Shown here: piece by piece, positions 11,922-24,294 of the stretch
Position numbering within the stretch: position 1 is the first letter of the stretch
How the letters are laid out: each line of letters opens with the position of its first letter
Source: Mobula hypostoma
Lineage: Eukaryota
DNA: 64,000 nucleotides
Assembly (NCBI RefSeq): GCF_963921235.1
Contig: NC_086097.1
Location: 14,756,001 to 14,820,000 of the forward strand
Direction of reading: 5' to 3'
Translations under genes and position numbers: made by a program
Notes under the pieces: generated by a model
Seen by the model: only the letters and a program-made list of their open reading frames with translations
Database searches by the model: none
What the model was told of the DNA's origin: nothing

Positions 11922-14320
11922 GAATCAGAATCAGGTTTAATATCACCGACACGCGTTGTGAAACCTGTTAGCAGTACAACGCGATACATGATAACAGAGA
12001 GAAAAACTGAATTTCAGTAAGTATATACATTAACAGAAGTTCAGTTTTACTTTCTGTCGTTATGTACTGTATTGTACTGCTGCCGCAAAGACAACAAGTT
12101 TCACAACATATATAATAATTAGTTAAATTAAATAAGTAGTGCAAAAAAAATAAAAATAAATATAGTAGTAAGGTAGTGTTCATGGGTTCAATATCCATTC
12201 AGAAATTGCATGGCGGAGAGGAAGAAGCTATTCCTGAATCATTGAGTGTGTGCTTCATGCTCCTGTATCTCCTTCATAGAAACATAGAACATCTACAGCT
12301 CAATACAGGCCCTTCAGCCCACAATGCTGTGCTGAACATGCACTTACTTTAGAAATTACCTAGGGTTACCCATAGCCCTCTATTTTTCTAAGCACCATGT
12401 ACCTGTCCAAGAGTCTCTTAAAAGACCCTATTGTATCCGCCTCCACCACCGTTGCCAGCAGCTCATCCCACGCACTCACCACTCTCTGCGTAAAAAAACT
12501 TACCCCTGTCATCTCCTCTGTACCTACTTCCAAGCACCTTAAAACTGTGCCCTCTCATGCTAGCCATTTCAGTCCTGGGAAAAAGCCTCTGACTATCCAC
12601 ACAATCAAAGCCTCTCATCATCTTGTACACCTCTATCTGGTACCTCTCATCCTCCATCACTCCAAGGAAAAAAGGCCAAGTTCACTAATCTATTCTCATA
12701 AGGCATGCTCCCCAATCCAGGCAACATCCTTGTAAATCTCTTCAGCACCCTTTCTGTAGTTTGCTCATCCTTCCTGTAGTGAGGTGACCAGAACTGAGCA
12801 CAGTACCCCAAGTGGGGTCTGACCAGGGTCCTATATACCTGTAACATTGCCTCTCGGTTCTTGAACTCAATTCCATGATTAATGAAGGCCAATACACCGT
12901 ATGCCTTCTTAACCACAGAGTCAACCTGCACAGCTGCTTTGAGTGTCCTATGGACTCGGACCCCAAGATCCCTCTGATCCTCCACACTGCCAAGACTCTT
13001 ACCATTAATACTATATCCTGTCATCATATTTGACCTATCAAAATGAACCACCTCACATTTATCTGGGTTGAACTCCATCTGCCACATCTCAGCCCAGTTT
13101 TGCATCCTATCGATGTCCTGCTGTAACCTCTGACAGCCCTCCACGCTATCCACAACACCTCCAACCTTTGTGTCATCAGCAAATTTACTAACCCATCCCT
13201 CCGCTTCCTCATCCGGGTCATTTATAAAAATCATGAATAGAAGGGGTCCCAGAACAGATCCCTGAGGCACACCACTGGTCACTGACCTCCATGCAGAATA
13301 TGACATGTCTACAGCCACTCTTTGCTTTCTGTGGGCACAAAGCAATGTCCCCTTGGATCCCATGCCTCCTTACTTTCTCAATAAGCCTTACATAGGGTAC
13401 CTTATCAAAGACCTTGCTGAAATCTACATACACTACATCTACTGCTCTACCTTCATCAATGTGTTCAGTCACATCCTCAAAAAATTCAATCAGGCTTGTA
13501 AGGCATGACCTGCCTTTGACAAAGCCATGCTGACTATTCCTAATTATATTGTGTCTCTCCAAATGTTCATAAATCCTGCCTCTCAAGATCTTCTCCATCA
13601 ACTTAGCAACCACTGAAGTAGGACTCACTGGTGTATAATTTCCTGGGCTATCTCTACTCCCTTTCTTGAATAAGGGAACAAAATCTGCAACCCTCCAATC
13701 CTCCGGAACCTCTCCTGTCCCCATTGATGATGCAAAGATTATTGCCAGAGGCTCAGCAATCTCCTCCCTCACCTCCCACAGTAGCCTGAGGTATATCTCG
13801 TCCGGTCCCGGTGACTTATCCAACTTGATGCTTCCCAAAAGCTCCAGCACATCCTCTTTCTTAGTATCTATATGCTCAAGCTTTTCAGTCCACCGTAAGT
13901 CATCCCTACAATCACCAAGATCCTTTTCCGTAGTGAATACTGAAGCAAAGTATTCATTAACTACCTCCGCTACCTCCTCCAGTTCCATACGCACTTTTCC
14001 ACTTCTCGATGGTAGCATTGAGAACAAGGAATGTCTTGGGAGATGGGGGTCCTTAATGATGGATGCTGCCTTTTTGAGGCATCGCTCCTTCAAGATGTCT
14101 TGGTTACTGCGGAGGCTAGTTCCCATGATGGAGCTGACTGTGTTTACAACTCTCTGCAGCTTATTTTGATCCTGTAGAGTAGCCCACCCCGCTCCATACT
14201 AGATGGTGATGCAACTGGTTAGAATGCGCTCCACGGTGCGTTTGGAGAATTGTGAGTGTCTTTGGTGACGTACCGAGTCTCCTCAAACTCTGAATGAAAT
14301 ATAACGAGTGACTTCTCATT
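11922..14320 (-). mobile_element. Rex1/Babar 3' fragment split by CR1
   Basis: (GATTCT)n tail at about 11922; KERCLKKAASIIKDPHLP..LFSMLPS motif at 14000-14126. Confidence 0.75.
12275..14001 (-). mobile_element. CR1 LINE RT region, 5'-truncated and frameshifted
   Basis: ORFs 13218 and 12647: DKSPGPD, SQHGFVKGRSCLT, SGVPQGSVLGP, KFADD; CATAGAA tail. Confidence 0.95.
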
Positions 14321-14621
14321 AATAAACAATTAGCATTGTCCATTTTATGGATGTAAAGTTTCTTTGGTGTCCCCAGCCCCCTGTTTCAATTATGTCACCA
14401 ACTCAGGTACTTACTGCGTGGAACATAGAACAGTACAGCACAGCAACAGGACCTTTGGCCCACAATGTTATACTGAACCAATTAAATTAATAATCAAGTG
14501 GCCAACAAAACTAATCCCCACTGCCTACACAATGTCCATATCCTTCCATTTTCTTCACATTGCTATTTATTTATATTTGTATTTGCACAGTTTGTTGTCT
14601 TCTATGATCTACTTGATTGCA

Positions 14622-14920
14622 GTTTGAGGATAAAGGGGAAGCCTTTTAGGACCCAGATGAGGAAAGACTTCTTCACACAGAGAGTGGTGAATCTGTGGAA
14701 TTCTCTGCCACAGGAAACAGTTGAAGCCAGTTCATTGGCTATATTTAAGAGGAAGTTAGATATGGCCCTTGTGGCTAAAGGGATCAGGGGGTATGGAGAG
14801 AATCCAGATACAGGGTTCTGAGTTGGATGATCAGCCATGATCATACTGAATGGTGGTGCAGCCTCGAAGGGCCGAATGGCCTACTCCTGCACCTATTTTC
14901 TATGTCTCCGTTTCTATGTT
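14622..14920 (+). mobile_element. CR1 3' end
   Basis: LRIKGKPFRTQMRKDFFTQRVVNLWNSLP followed by a TTCTATG tail. Confidence 0.9.
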
Positions 14921-15041
14921 TCATTGATTATATTATATTATAGTTACTATTCTATAGATTTGATGAGTATGCCATAGGGAAAAGAATCTCAGGGTTGTAT
15001 TTGGTGACCTATACAGTATGTATAGGTCACATATACATGTG

Positions 15042-15340
15042 TGTTGGCGCGTGGCCAAGTGGTTAAGGCATTCGTCTAGTGATCTGAAGGTCGCTAGTTC
15101 GAGCCTTGGCTGAGGCAGCGTGTTTTGTCCTTCAACAAAGCACTTAACCACACATTGCTCTGTGATGACACCGGTGCCAAGCTGTATGGGTCCCTCCCTT
15201 GGACAACATCAGTGGCATGGAGAGGGGAGACTTGCAGCAAGGGCAACTGCCGGTCTTCCATACAACCTTGCCCAGGCCTGCGCCCTGGAAAACTTCCAAG
15301 GCGCAAATCCATGGTCTCATGAGACTAACGGATGCCTATA
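15042..15340 (+). mobile_element. tRNA-derived SINE with a V-domain-like core
   Basis: A box TGGCCAAGTGG, B box GTTCGAGCC, GTCCTT..AAGCACTTAACC core; TSD TATACAGTATGTA; second copy at 23300-23613. Confidence 0.85.
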
Positions 15341-16899
15341 TACAGTATGTACTTTGATAATTAAATTTACTTCGAACATTCATGTGCCCATCTAAATGTC
15401 TAATAAAATTCCCTAGTGTACTTTACTCTACTACCACCTCAGGTGGCGCATTCCAGGCACCCACCGCTCAGTGTGAAAAACTTGCCCCTCACACCTCTTA
15501 AAATCACTCATTTTTACCTTAACTGCATGCCCACTGGTATTAGACATTCCAACCCTGGGAAAAAAAATACTTTCTGTCTAGTCTATCCATGCCTCTGATA
15601 ATCTTATAAACCTCTATCAGATCTCCCCTCTGCCTCTGCTGCTCCTGAGAAAACAACCCAGGTCAGTCCAGCCTCTCCTTATAGCATGTGCCCTCTAAGC
15701 CAGTCAGTATCTCCAAAGCCTCAACATCCTTCCTGAAATGGGGTGACTAGAACTGTATGCAATATGTCAGACTTGGCCTAACGAGAGTTTTATAAAGCTG
15801 TAACATAACTTCCTGACTTTTGAACTCAACGCCTCAACTAAAGGCAAACAAGTCATGTGCAATCTTGAACCAACTGGCACAACTCTAATCGCTATAGTTT
15901 AGCAAGATTTTGGCCACATTGATTTCCTGAGCAATGGCAAGCTACTTCTATACAAAATTTGCCAAGAACAATTATCGTCATGGAAAGACCATGAGAGGCC
16001 ACATCATATGACATGACATACAACAAACAAGCTATCACTTGGATGAGAGCTACAGAAACCTAAAGTTCCACATGACCAAGTTCAAGAACAGCTGCTTCCC
16101 TTCAACCATTCGGTTCTTGAACCAAATGGCACAGCCCTAAGCACAATAGTTTCGCAACGCTTCGGCCAATTTAAACACTTTGAACTAAAATTGACTTTTT
16201 TTGTTCTAATTGTGTTCTTTTTTTGTAAAGATTATGTGTAATTTATGTTAACTCGTGTTTTTTTCCCTGAGACTGCTGGTGTTATGTACCTGCAAAGCTG
16301 CAGCAAGTAGGGTTTTCAATGCGCCTCGGCATACATGTACTTGTGCATTTGAAAATGAACTTGACTTTGAGTTTGATCTGGGACATTCCTTGAAGTGTGT
16401 CCAAGATTCATCGAACAGAGAATACTAATGAGAAAGGCAGTTCAGTGAATACTCATGCTCCAATCAGGGTCAGCACAAGCAGAGTTAACTTCATGAACCT
16501 CCTTTCCATTTCCTATCTCGATATGTTAGTTTAAGCAATTTAATTGGTGAGGACATCACATCTGAGTGAGCGTCTGTCCTGAGCTACTCTGTGTGATGCC
16601 TGGTTTGAGAGGTGGTGTGCATGGGCCAAAAGGTTACTGGTCTGTGGTCAGGGACCTGAGCCACTGCTGGCTTTCTTTCACACCTCCGTCTCTCTTAACT
16701 CTGGGAATGGAAGCCATATCAGCAGCTCCACCACTGTCCCAACTGTGAAAGGTGAAGTCAGGGGTTCAAACCTGCCTGCAGGCTAGCTTTCCCTGATAAT
16801 TCTGCATTGCTGATCTTCCTTTGTTGAGTTAGCCCTAAATGTGCTCTTACATCTGCGTGGGCTCTGTGTAATCAAACAGACACATAATGGTGATGATGA

Positions 16900-17200
16900 T
16901 GATGATGAGAGGCCAGGGTCGGGCATTTCCATGCCTTACAAGACGCAGTTCGAAAGGCTGTGTGGGGCGCCACTCCTCGCACAGGCATTTCGCAGTATTA
17001 TTTTACGAGGCCGCGTTGCGAGCTGGACATCAGCCCGGCGCGGATGGACAGCGCACACGGGGGCGGTCTGTCACTGGATCAAACTCGGGAGCCTCCGTAC
17101 TCGAGCCCGGCGCTGATCTCACTGCGCCACCTGCCGACCAGATGGACACGGACACAGGTTACACCTATCTGAACAGAAACGCGATGAGGTGTAACCTAAG
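16900..17200. promoter_or_regulatory. CpG-rich unique island with a CTCF-like motif (17123-17140, minus strand)
   Basis: Dense CpGs in an otherwise CpG-depleted window; TGGTCGGCAGGTGGCGCA resembles the CTCF core CCRSYAGRKGGCRS. Confidence 0.5.
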
Positions 17201-17376
17201 TGTACTGTAAATATGATGGGGAATGGGCTTATAATAAATCAAAGAGAAATTCAAAGTGTAATAATAGCCTGGATCATGATTTAGTGACTAGGCCTTATCG
17301 AAAGTGCCCTTAAAAATGCCTCAGGCTCATTTAGCTGTCAATTTTATTGCAATACTCTTAGTGGCTCATGTGCACA

Positions 17377-17378
<2 letters not shown>

Positions 17379-17424
<46 letters not shown>

Positions 17425-17454
17425 TGTGTGTGTATGTGTTGGTATGTGTGTATG
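17379..17454. repeat. (TG)n microsatellite
   Basis: Directly visible dinucleotide run with an imperfect 3' end. Confidence 0.98.
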
Positions 17455-19024
17455 CTTGTTTACCCTTATAGCCTCTGAAGAACAATATTAAAAATGTATA
17501 GTGGGGGCTGATCTTCTTCCAGCCAAATCTCTTATGGAATAGTGGAGTCTGGTATTAATTATAAAATATTTCTAAGTACAGAGTTGAAATGTAAAACAAA
17601 TACAGTATATTTTCCTGGCCTGTAGCAGTGCTTTCTTGTCTTTAGTAATACATTTAGATTTCCTTTGTTGATCTTTGTAGCAGATGCATGAAAGAAGAGA
17701 CAATGGATTAAAGATTCTCCATTAGCTCTGGGAATAAACTAGTGGTTCTGAGACTGAACCTCCTCACCCACCACGAACAAACTGCAGCATCACTCGGTGA
17801 ACTGCTGTGAAGGGGACTCCATGAATCCGGGTGCTGGTCGTGTAATGATAGTCCTCACTCAGTGCGCCTCACAGGGAAGGCAGTGAACTTGGTTTAAAAT
17901 GTGGCTTTTCTCTGCTAGTTCTTTCCAAGACAATTTCCTCTTGCATTTGTTTGACCTGCATGGGCTTTCAGCACAACTATGCCTCCAGTTTATTGGTATT
18001 AGTATTGGTATTGTCACATGGACCAGGATACAGTGAAAAGTTTGTCTTCTACTATTTATACTGATGAAATCATTACACAATGCATTGAGCTAGAGTAAGG
18101 TGAAAAAAAAATAAAAATGCGGAACAAAGTGTAAAAGGCACTGAGCAAGTGCGGTGCAGGTAAATGCAAGAACTTAACGAGGTAGATTGTGAGGCCAAGA
18201 GTTCATCTTATTGTACAAGGGATCTGTTCAAGAATCTGATAGCAGTGGGATAGAATCTGCCCTTGAGCCTGTGGGACCTGCTTTCAGGCTTTTGTATCTT
18301 CTGCCCGATGGGAAAGGGGAGAAGAGTGAATTTCTGGGGTAGGCGGTGCCTTTGATTATGTTAGCAGCTTTGCTGACCAGTAAGCACTATAGACAGTGTC
18401 CATAGAGAGAGGCTGGTTCCTGCACTATGCTAACCTAATCCTGATCCTTGATTTCAAATCCTTCGTTCTCTCCCCGCAACAACTTACAATCCACAACTTC
18501 TAAAGGATTCACGGTATGTATGTTAAACCACAAGGTGCCACTTTATTAGAGTTACATGAAACATGCAACACAGACAGAAGTACAAATGGTTAATGAAATA
18601 GCAGTACAGAAAACAAACAAACACTTAGCATCCTCCTAATGAGCTGATCTGTAGAATGCTGCAGGAAGCACAGTCACGACAAACTTTCACATAATCTTCT
18701 CTCTCGTGCTCTCTCTCTCTCTTGTTGTCTAAGCCTCTATCCCAAGTTTCAAGTTCAAGTTTAATTAGCATTCAGCCATACAAGAAATCCGCCAAACAAA
18801 ACAGCATTCCCCTGAGGCCAAGGTGCAAACACAGTACCAACAGTCACGCACAGCACAAGGTACATATAGTACATATAAGATAGCAAGTAGACTTAGAGTC
18901 ACACAAAATATATAAATAGCCCTATCCCCTAAGTAAATGGTCCTCAACCACCGGGCCACGAGGAAACAATATGAGTCAGCTGCACCTTTCCTCATTCCCT
19001 GTCACGCACTGTTGAACTTGAACA

Positions 19025-21232
19025 TAGGGTTGCCAACTGTCCCGTATTTGCCAGGACATCCCCTATATTGGGCTAAATTGGTTTGTCCCATACGGGACCA
19101 CCCTTGTCCCGTATTTCCTCCGCTAAGGTAGAGTGTTCCTATGAAACCTTTCGTGCCGAAATGGCGTAAAGCGAAGAAGCAATTACCATTAATTTATATG
19201 AGAAAATTTTTCGAGCACTCCCAGACCCAAAAAATAACATAGAACATAGAACATAGAATAGTACAACACAGTACAGGCCCTTCGGCCCACAATGTTGTGC
19301 CGACCCTGAAACCCTGCCTCCCATATAAGCCCCCACCTTAGATTCCTCCATATACCTGTCTAGTAGTCTCTTAAACTTCACTAGTGTATCTGCCTCCACC
19401 ACTGACTCAGGCAGCGCATTCCACGCACCAACTACTCTCTGAGTAAAAAACCTTCCTCTAATATCCCCCTTGAACTTCCCACCCCTTACCTTAAAGCCAT
19501 GTCCTCTTGTATTGAGCAGTGGTGCCTTGGGGAAGAGGCGCTGGCTATCCACTCTATCTATTCCTCTTATTATCTTGTACACCTCTATCATGTCTCCTCT
19601 CATCCTCCTTCTCTCCAAAGAGTAAAGCCCTAGCTCCCTTAATCTCTGATCATAATGCATACTTTCTAAACCAGGCAGCATCCTAATAAATCTCCTCTGT
19701 ACCCTTTCCAATGCTTCCACATCCTTCCTATAGTGAGGTGACCAGAACTGGACACAGTACTCCAAGTGTGGCCTAACCAGAGTTTTATAGAGCTGCATCA
19801 TTACATTGCGACTCTTAAACTCTATCCCTCGACTTATGAAAGCTAACACCCCATAAGCTTTCTTAACTACCCTATCCACCTGTGAGGCAACTTTCAGGGA
19901 TCTGTGGACATGTACCCCGAGATCCCTCTGCTCCTTCACACTACCAAGTATCCTGCCATTTACTTTGTACTCTGCCTTGGAGTTTGTCCTTCCAAAGTGT
20001 ACCACCTTACACTTCTCTGGGTTGAACTCCATCTGCCACTTCTCAGCCCACTTCTGCATCCTATCAATGTCTCTCTGCAATCTTTGACAATCCTCTACAC
20101 TATCTACAACACCACCAACCTTTGTGTCGTCTGCAAACTTGCCAACCCACCCTTCTACCCCTACATCCAGGTCGTTAATAAAAATCACGAAAAGTAGAGG
20201 TCCCAGAACAGATCCTTGTGGGACACCACTAGTCACAATCCTCCAATCTGAATGTACTCCCTCCACCACCACCCTCTGCCTTCTGCAGGCAAGCCAATTC
20301 TGAATCCAACTGGCCAGACTTCCCAGGATCCCATGCCTTCTAACTTTCTGAATAAGCCTACCGTGTGGAACCTTGTCAAATGCCTTACTAAAATCCATAT
20401 AGATCACATCCACTGCGCTACCCTCATCTATATGCCTGGTCACCTCCTCAAAGAACTCTATCAGGCTTGTTAGGCACGATCTGCCCTTCACAAAGCCATG
20501 CTGACTGTCCCTGATCAGACCATGATTCTCTAAATGCCTATAGATCCTATCTCTAAGAATCTTTTCCAACAGCTTTCCCACCACAGACTAAGGCTCACTG
20601 GTCTATAATTACCCGGACTATCCCTACTACCTGTTTTGAACAAGGGAACAACATTCGCCTCCCTCCAATCCTCCGGTACCTTTCCCGTGGACAACGAGGA
20701 CATAAAGATCCTAGCCAGAGGCTCAGCAATCTCTTCTCTCGCCTCGTGGAGCAGCCTGGGGAATATTCCGTCAGGCCCCGGGGACTTAACTGTCCTAACG
20801 TATTTTAACAACTCCAACACCTCCTCTCCCTTAATATCAACATGCTCCAGAACACCAACCTCACTCATATTGTCCTCACCATCATCAAGTTCCCTCTCAT
20901 AACCTATCAAATCATACAAATAACACAAAAAAATGAAAATAACACTAACATATAGTAAAAGCAGGAATGATATGATAAATACACAGCCTATGTAAAGTAG
21001 AAATAATATATGTACAATATAGTCAGGAAGATTAAGCCAAGACTGATTTGTTGAAAAAAATCGGCACGTACGCGCATGCGCACATCACATATGCGCACGT
21101 CACGCATGCGCACACAAGTGCCCGTGCAAGGCTTCATGGTCATGGTAGTCTTTCCTGGGGTAAACACAAGTGTCCCAGGATTTGACTGTTACTTTTGTCC
21201 CTTATTTGGGAGTGAGAAAGCTGGCAACCCTA
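19025..21232. mobile_element. hAT-Blackjack-like non-autonomous element interrupted by CR1
   Basis: TIRs TAGGGTTGCCAACT and AGCTGGCAACCCTA; subterminal TGTCCC repeats; no matching TSD. Confidence 0.65.
19239..20898 (-). mobile_element. Young 5'-truncated CR1 LINE with a nearly intact reverse transcriptase
   Basis: ORF 19139..20584 (481 aa, all RT motifs including GKFADD) plus ORF 20530..20928 joined by one frameshift; (CATAGAA)n tail; TSD ATAAC at 19234-19238 and 20899-20903. Confidence 0.95.
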
Positions 21233-21282
21233 ACTGTAAAAGACATGTTGAGGTGAGCTTAACCCCACTTGAACACCCATTG

Positions 21283-21882
21283 GCCCATTGGCTTTCATAA
21301 ATCAAAGTATTGGATACAGGAGATGGGATGTTATGTTGAAGCTCTATAAAATGTTGGTGAGACCTACAGGAAAGATGTAAATAACTTGAAAGAGTACAGA
21401 GAAAATTTACAAGGAAGTTGCCAGGTCTGGAGGACCAAAGTTATAAGGAAAGATTGAATGGGTTAGAACTGCATCCTTAGAACACAGAAGATTGAGAGGA
21501 GATTTGTTAGAATTATACAAAATTATGAGGGGTGTAGATAGGGTAAATGCAAGCAGGCTTTTCCGCTGAGGTTGAGTGGGAATGCAACTATAGTTCATAG
21601 TTGTAGTAGTAGTCGTGGTGAATAAGGTGAAAAGTTTAAGGAGAACATGAAGGGAAACTTCTTCACTCAGAGGATCATGAGAGTGTGGAATGAGCTGCCA
21701 GCACAAGTGGTGCATGCAAGCTAGATTTCAACGTTTAAGCGACATTTGCATATGTACACGGATGGTAAGGGTATGGTGGGCTATAGTTCTGGAGCAGGTC
21801 GATGGGAGTAGGCAGTTTAAATGGTTTTGGTGTGGCCTAGATGGGCCTAAGTTTCTGTGCTGTGGTTTTCTATGACTCTATA
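21283..21882 (+). mobile_element. CR1 3' fragment, decayed
   Basis: Homologous to 3581-3800 and to other CR1 3' ends. Confidence 0.8.
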
Positions 21883-22649
21883 ACTCTAAGAACAAACAGT
21901 TCTCAGCAAGCAAGTCATAATACTAGCTCTAATTGTAGTCTAGCTAAAGAGAAGATACCCCTCTTGCACAAAAAAAGTGCCCCATTCTATTCCCTTCAAG
22001 GTGCCTTCAAAACTCTAATGTAACTCTTATTTCCATTACTTTTCCATGATAAGGTACCATATGGTACCTGCACCTGCACAATGATCTCACCTTCCCCAGA
22101 CAAACATCTATTCATCATTGTCTGCTCTCAAGACTGTAGACTTGTAGACTCAAAACAATCCCACTTCCAGGCTAACACAATTTTTATCTTTCAAATTTCC
22201 ATTTTACTTTAACATATACCAAAGAGGAATCACATTTAACTCTTCCCCTGCAGACTCTCAGATCCAGTTGGAGGATTCAGACTTCTCCTGAGAATGACTG
22301 TTACAATCCATTTAGTATTAATACCGAAAATACTTCTCCAGCTCTGAATCACTTTAAGTCATTTTTCAACGAGCCATGCAAAATCTGAAACATCACCCTA
22401 ATGGCTTATGAAAGATAAATCATGAGCCGGTTATGGTCTGAGTCACAAGTAGACAGAATTTATTGAGCAGGATTTGTTCCCACTGGTCACTCTGTTCCCA
22501 GTATGAGTTCTGACTCCTCAGTTCATTCAAACCTTTTTCTGTCTCCATAAGAGTATCGATGTCATTTCCCTCAGCCTCTCCATTGGATAGCAGTTCTAAC
22601 CACTCTCTTGGCGAGGATTTTCTTCCTGCAACTTCCTCTTTAATCGGCA

Positions 22650-23685
22650 GCACAGCAGTGGAAATTGTGAGCTATTTCAACCTCCTGGGAGTGCACGCCT
22701 CATGCAGCCTCTCATGGTCCCAGAACACATCCTACAGAACTAGGTGAAGAAAGCTGTACTATGCACATCTATACTCACATCCTTCTACAGGTATGCAGTG
22801 GTGAATCATAAAATGCTGCATAACTGCGTGGCACAGAAACTGCACTGTGACGCACAGGAAGGCACTACTGCAGGTAGTCAAAACTGCCCAACATATCACC
22901 AGCCTACCTGCCATCAAGGACATATATACAAAAAGATGCTGAAAGAGGGCCAGTAACATCACGAAGGATCCCACCTACCCTACTCATGGACTGTTTGACC
23001 CACCCCCATCAGGGAGGAAGCTACGTAGCATCCACGACAGGACCACCAGGCTCAAAAACAGTTACATTCCCCATGCAGTAAAGCTGACCAACATCTCCGC
23101 TCACTAACCCACCACTCCATACCCCCCACCACCACTACCTTATCACTTGCTGTCAGTCATCTTATGTACAGACACTCCTGTGCTTTTTGACACTTCATGG
23201 ACGTACAAACGTACAACCAATCTACATATATCAGCTTTCTTATGTATTTATTATTGTGTTTTTTATCTTGTGGTTTTTTTGTGCTAGATTGGATCCAATA
23301 AAAGGCATCCGTTAGTCTTGTGAGACCATGGATCTGCGCCTGGAAAGTCTTCACTCTCCAGGGCGCAGGCCTGGGCAAGGTTGTATGGAAGACCAGCAGT
23401 TGCCCATGCTGCAAGTCTCCCCTCTCCACGACACCAATGTTGTCCAAGCGAAGGGCATTAGGACCCATACAGCTTGGCACCAGTGTCATCGCAGAGCAAT
23501 GTGTGATTTAGTGCCTTGCTCAAGGACACAACACACTGCCTCAGCAAAAGCTCGAACTCACGACCTTCAGGTCGCTAGTCCAATGCCTTAACCACTTGGC
23601 CACGTGCCCACACGATCCACAGTAATAATTATTTTGTTGCCTTTTACACTTCTGTACTAGAAATTACATCAAAACAATCTTGAAT
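22650..23685 (+). mobile_element. Rex1/Babar 3' fragment, decayed and interrupted by a SINE
   Basis: FNLLGVH..LSWS and KDPT.P.HGLF..PSGR-like motifs; AT-rich 3' UTR. Confidence 0.65.
23300..23613 (-). mobile_element. tRNA-derived SINE (same family as 15042-15340)
   Basis: Reverse-complement homology over its full length; flanked by GATCCA on both sides. Confidence 0.85.
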
Positions 23686-24294
23686 ATAATGATGCCTCTG
23701 GTTTGGGACCTCTCCTCTTTGACTATCTGAGAGTTCTCCTCCACACTATCTCTATGACTACCTGAGCTGTCAGTCCCTCAACCAACTGTTGCTCATCAAG
23801 GGAAGAGAGCTCTCCATCCATTGAACATCTCAGTTCTGCTCCCATCCTTGGAAACTGAGAGCTTTGATCAGATCGAAATGTCTAATCTTGCTGAAAAGTT
23901 GAAACAAATTGCAGAAAATAGTGGAAATGTATAGAGTATTGGAAAGACCCCAAAGATAGGGAAGCATCTCAAGCCTTGTTGTGGTGACACAGAGTGCAGA
24001 CACAAATTCTTCAGCCCACGAAGTCCATCTATATTAACCTCTATATTACTCTCTTCTTTTTACCCTCCCTGCATTCTCATTGACTCTTTCCAGGCTCTAC
24101 CACTCACTTACACACGAGGGGCAATTACTAGTCTGTTCACCTGGAAAATGTGGGAGGAAACTGAATCATCCCCATTTGACCTCAGAGTGAACATGTAGAC
24201 ACAGGTCAAGATTGAACCAGTTCTCCAAGCTGCACCATTGTGCATCCCCATAAATGGCATCTCCTCAGATTTAATGCCAAATTTTGTTGGTACT

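Noticed and set aside
13666..14169. Ser-rich plus-strand ORFs (also 20636 and 38058)
   Set aside because: Antisense shadows of LINE ORF2
15042..15120. tRNA gene
   Set aside because: It is the tRNA-derived head of a SINE with a body, tail and TSD
17030..17056. Possible REST/RE1 site (TCAGCCC...GGACAGCGC)
   Set aside because: The left half-site is poor and the spacing is non-canonical
16841..17210. Overlapping short ORFs, including the poly-Met ORF
   Set aside because: Explained by a (GAT)n repeat and high GC; no domain or convincing splice-site pair
22420..22653. 77-aa ORF as a host exon
   Set aside because: More consistent with a decayed CR1 endonuclease region; no splice support
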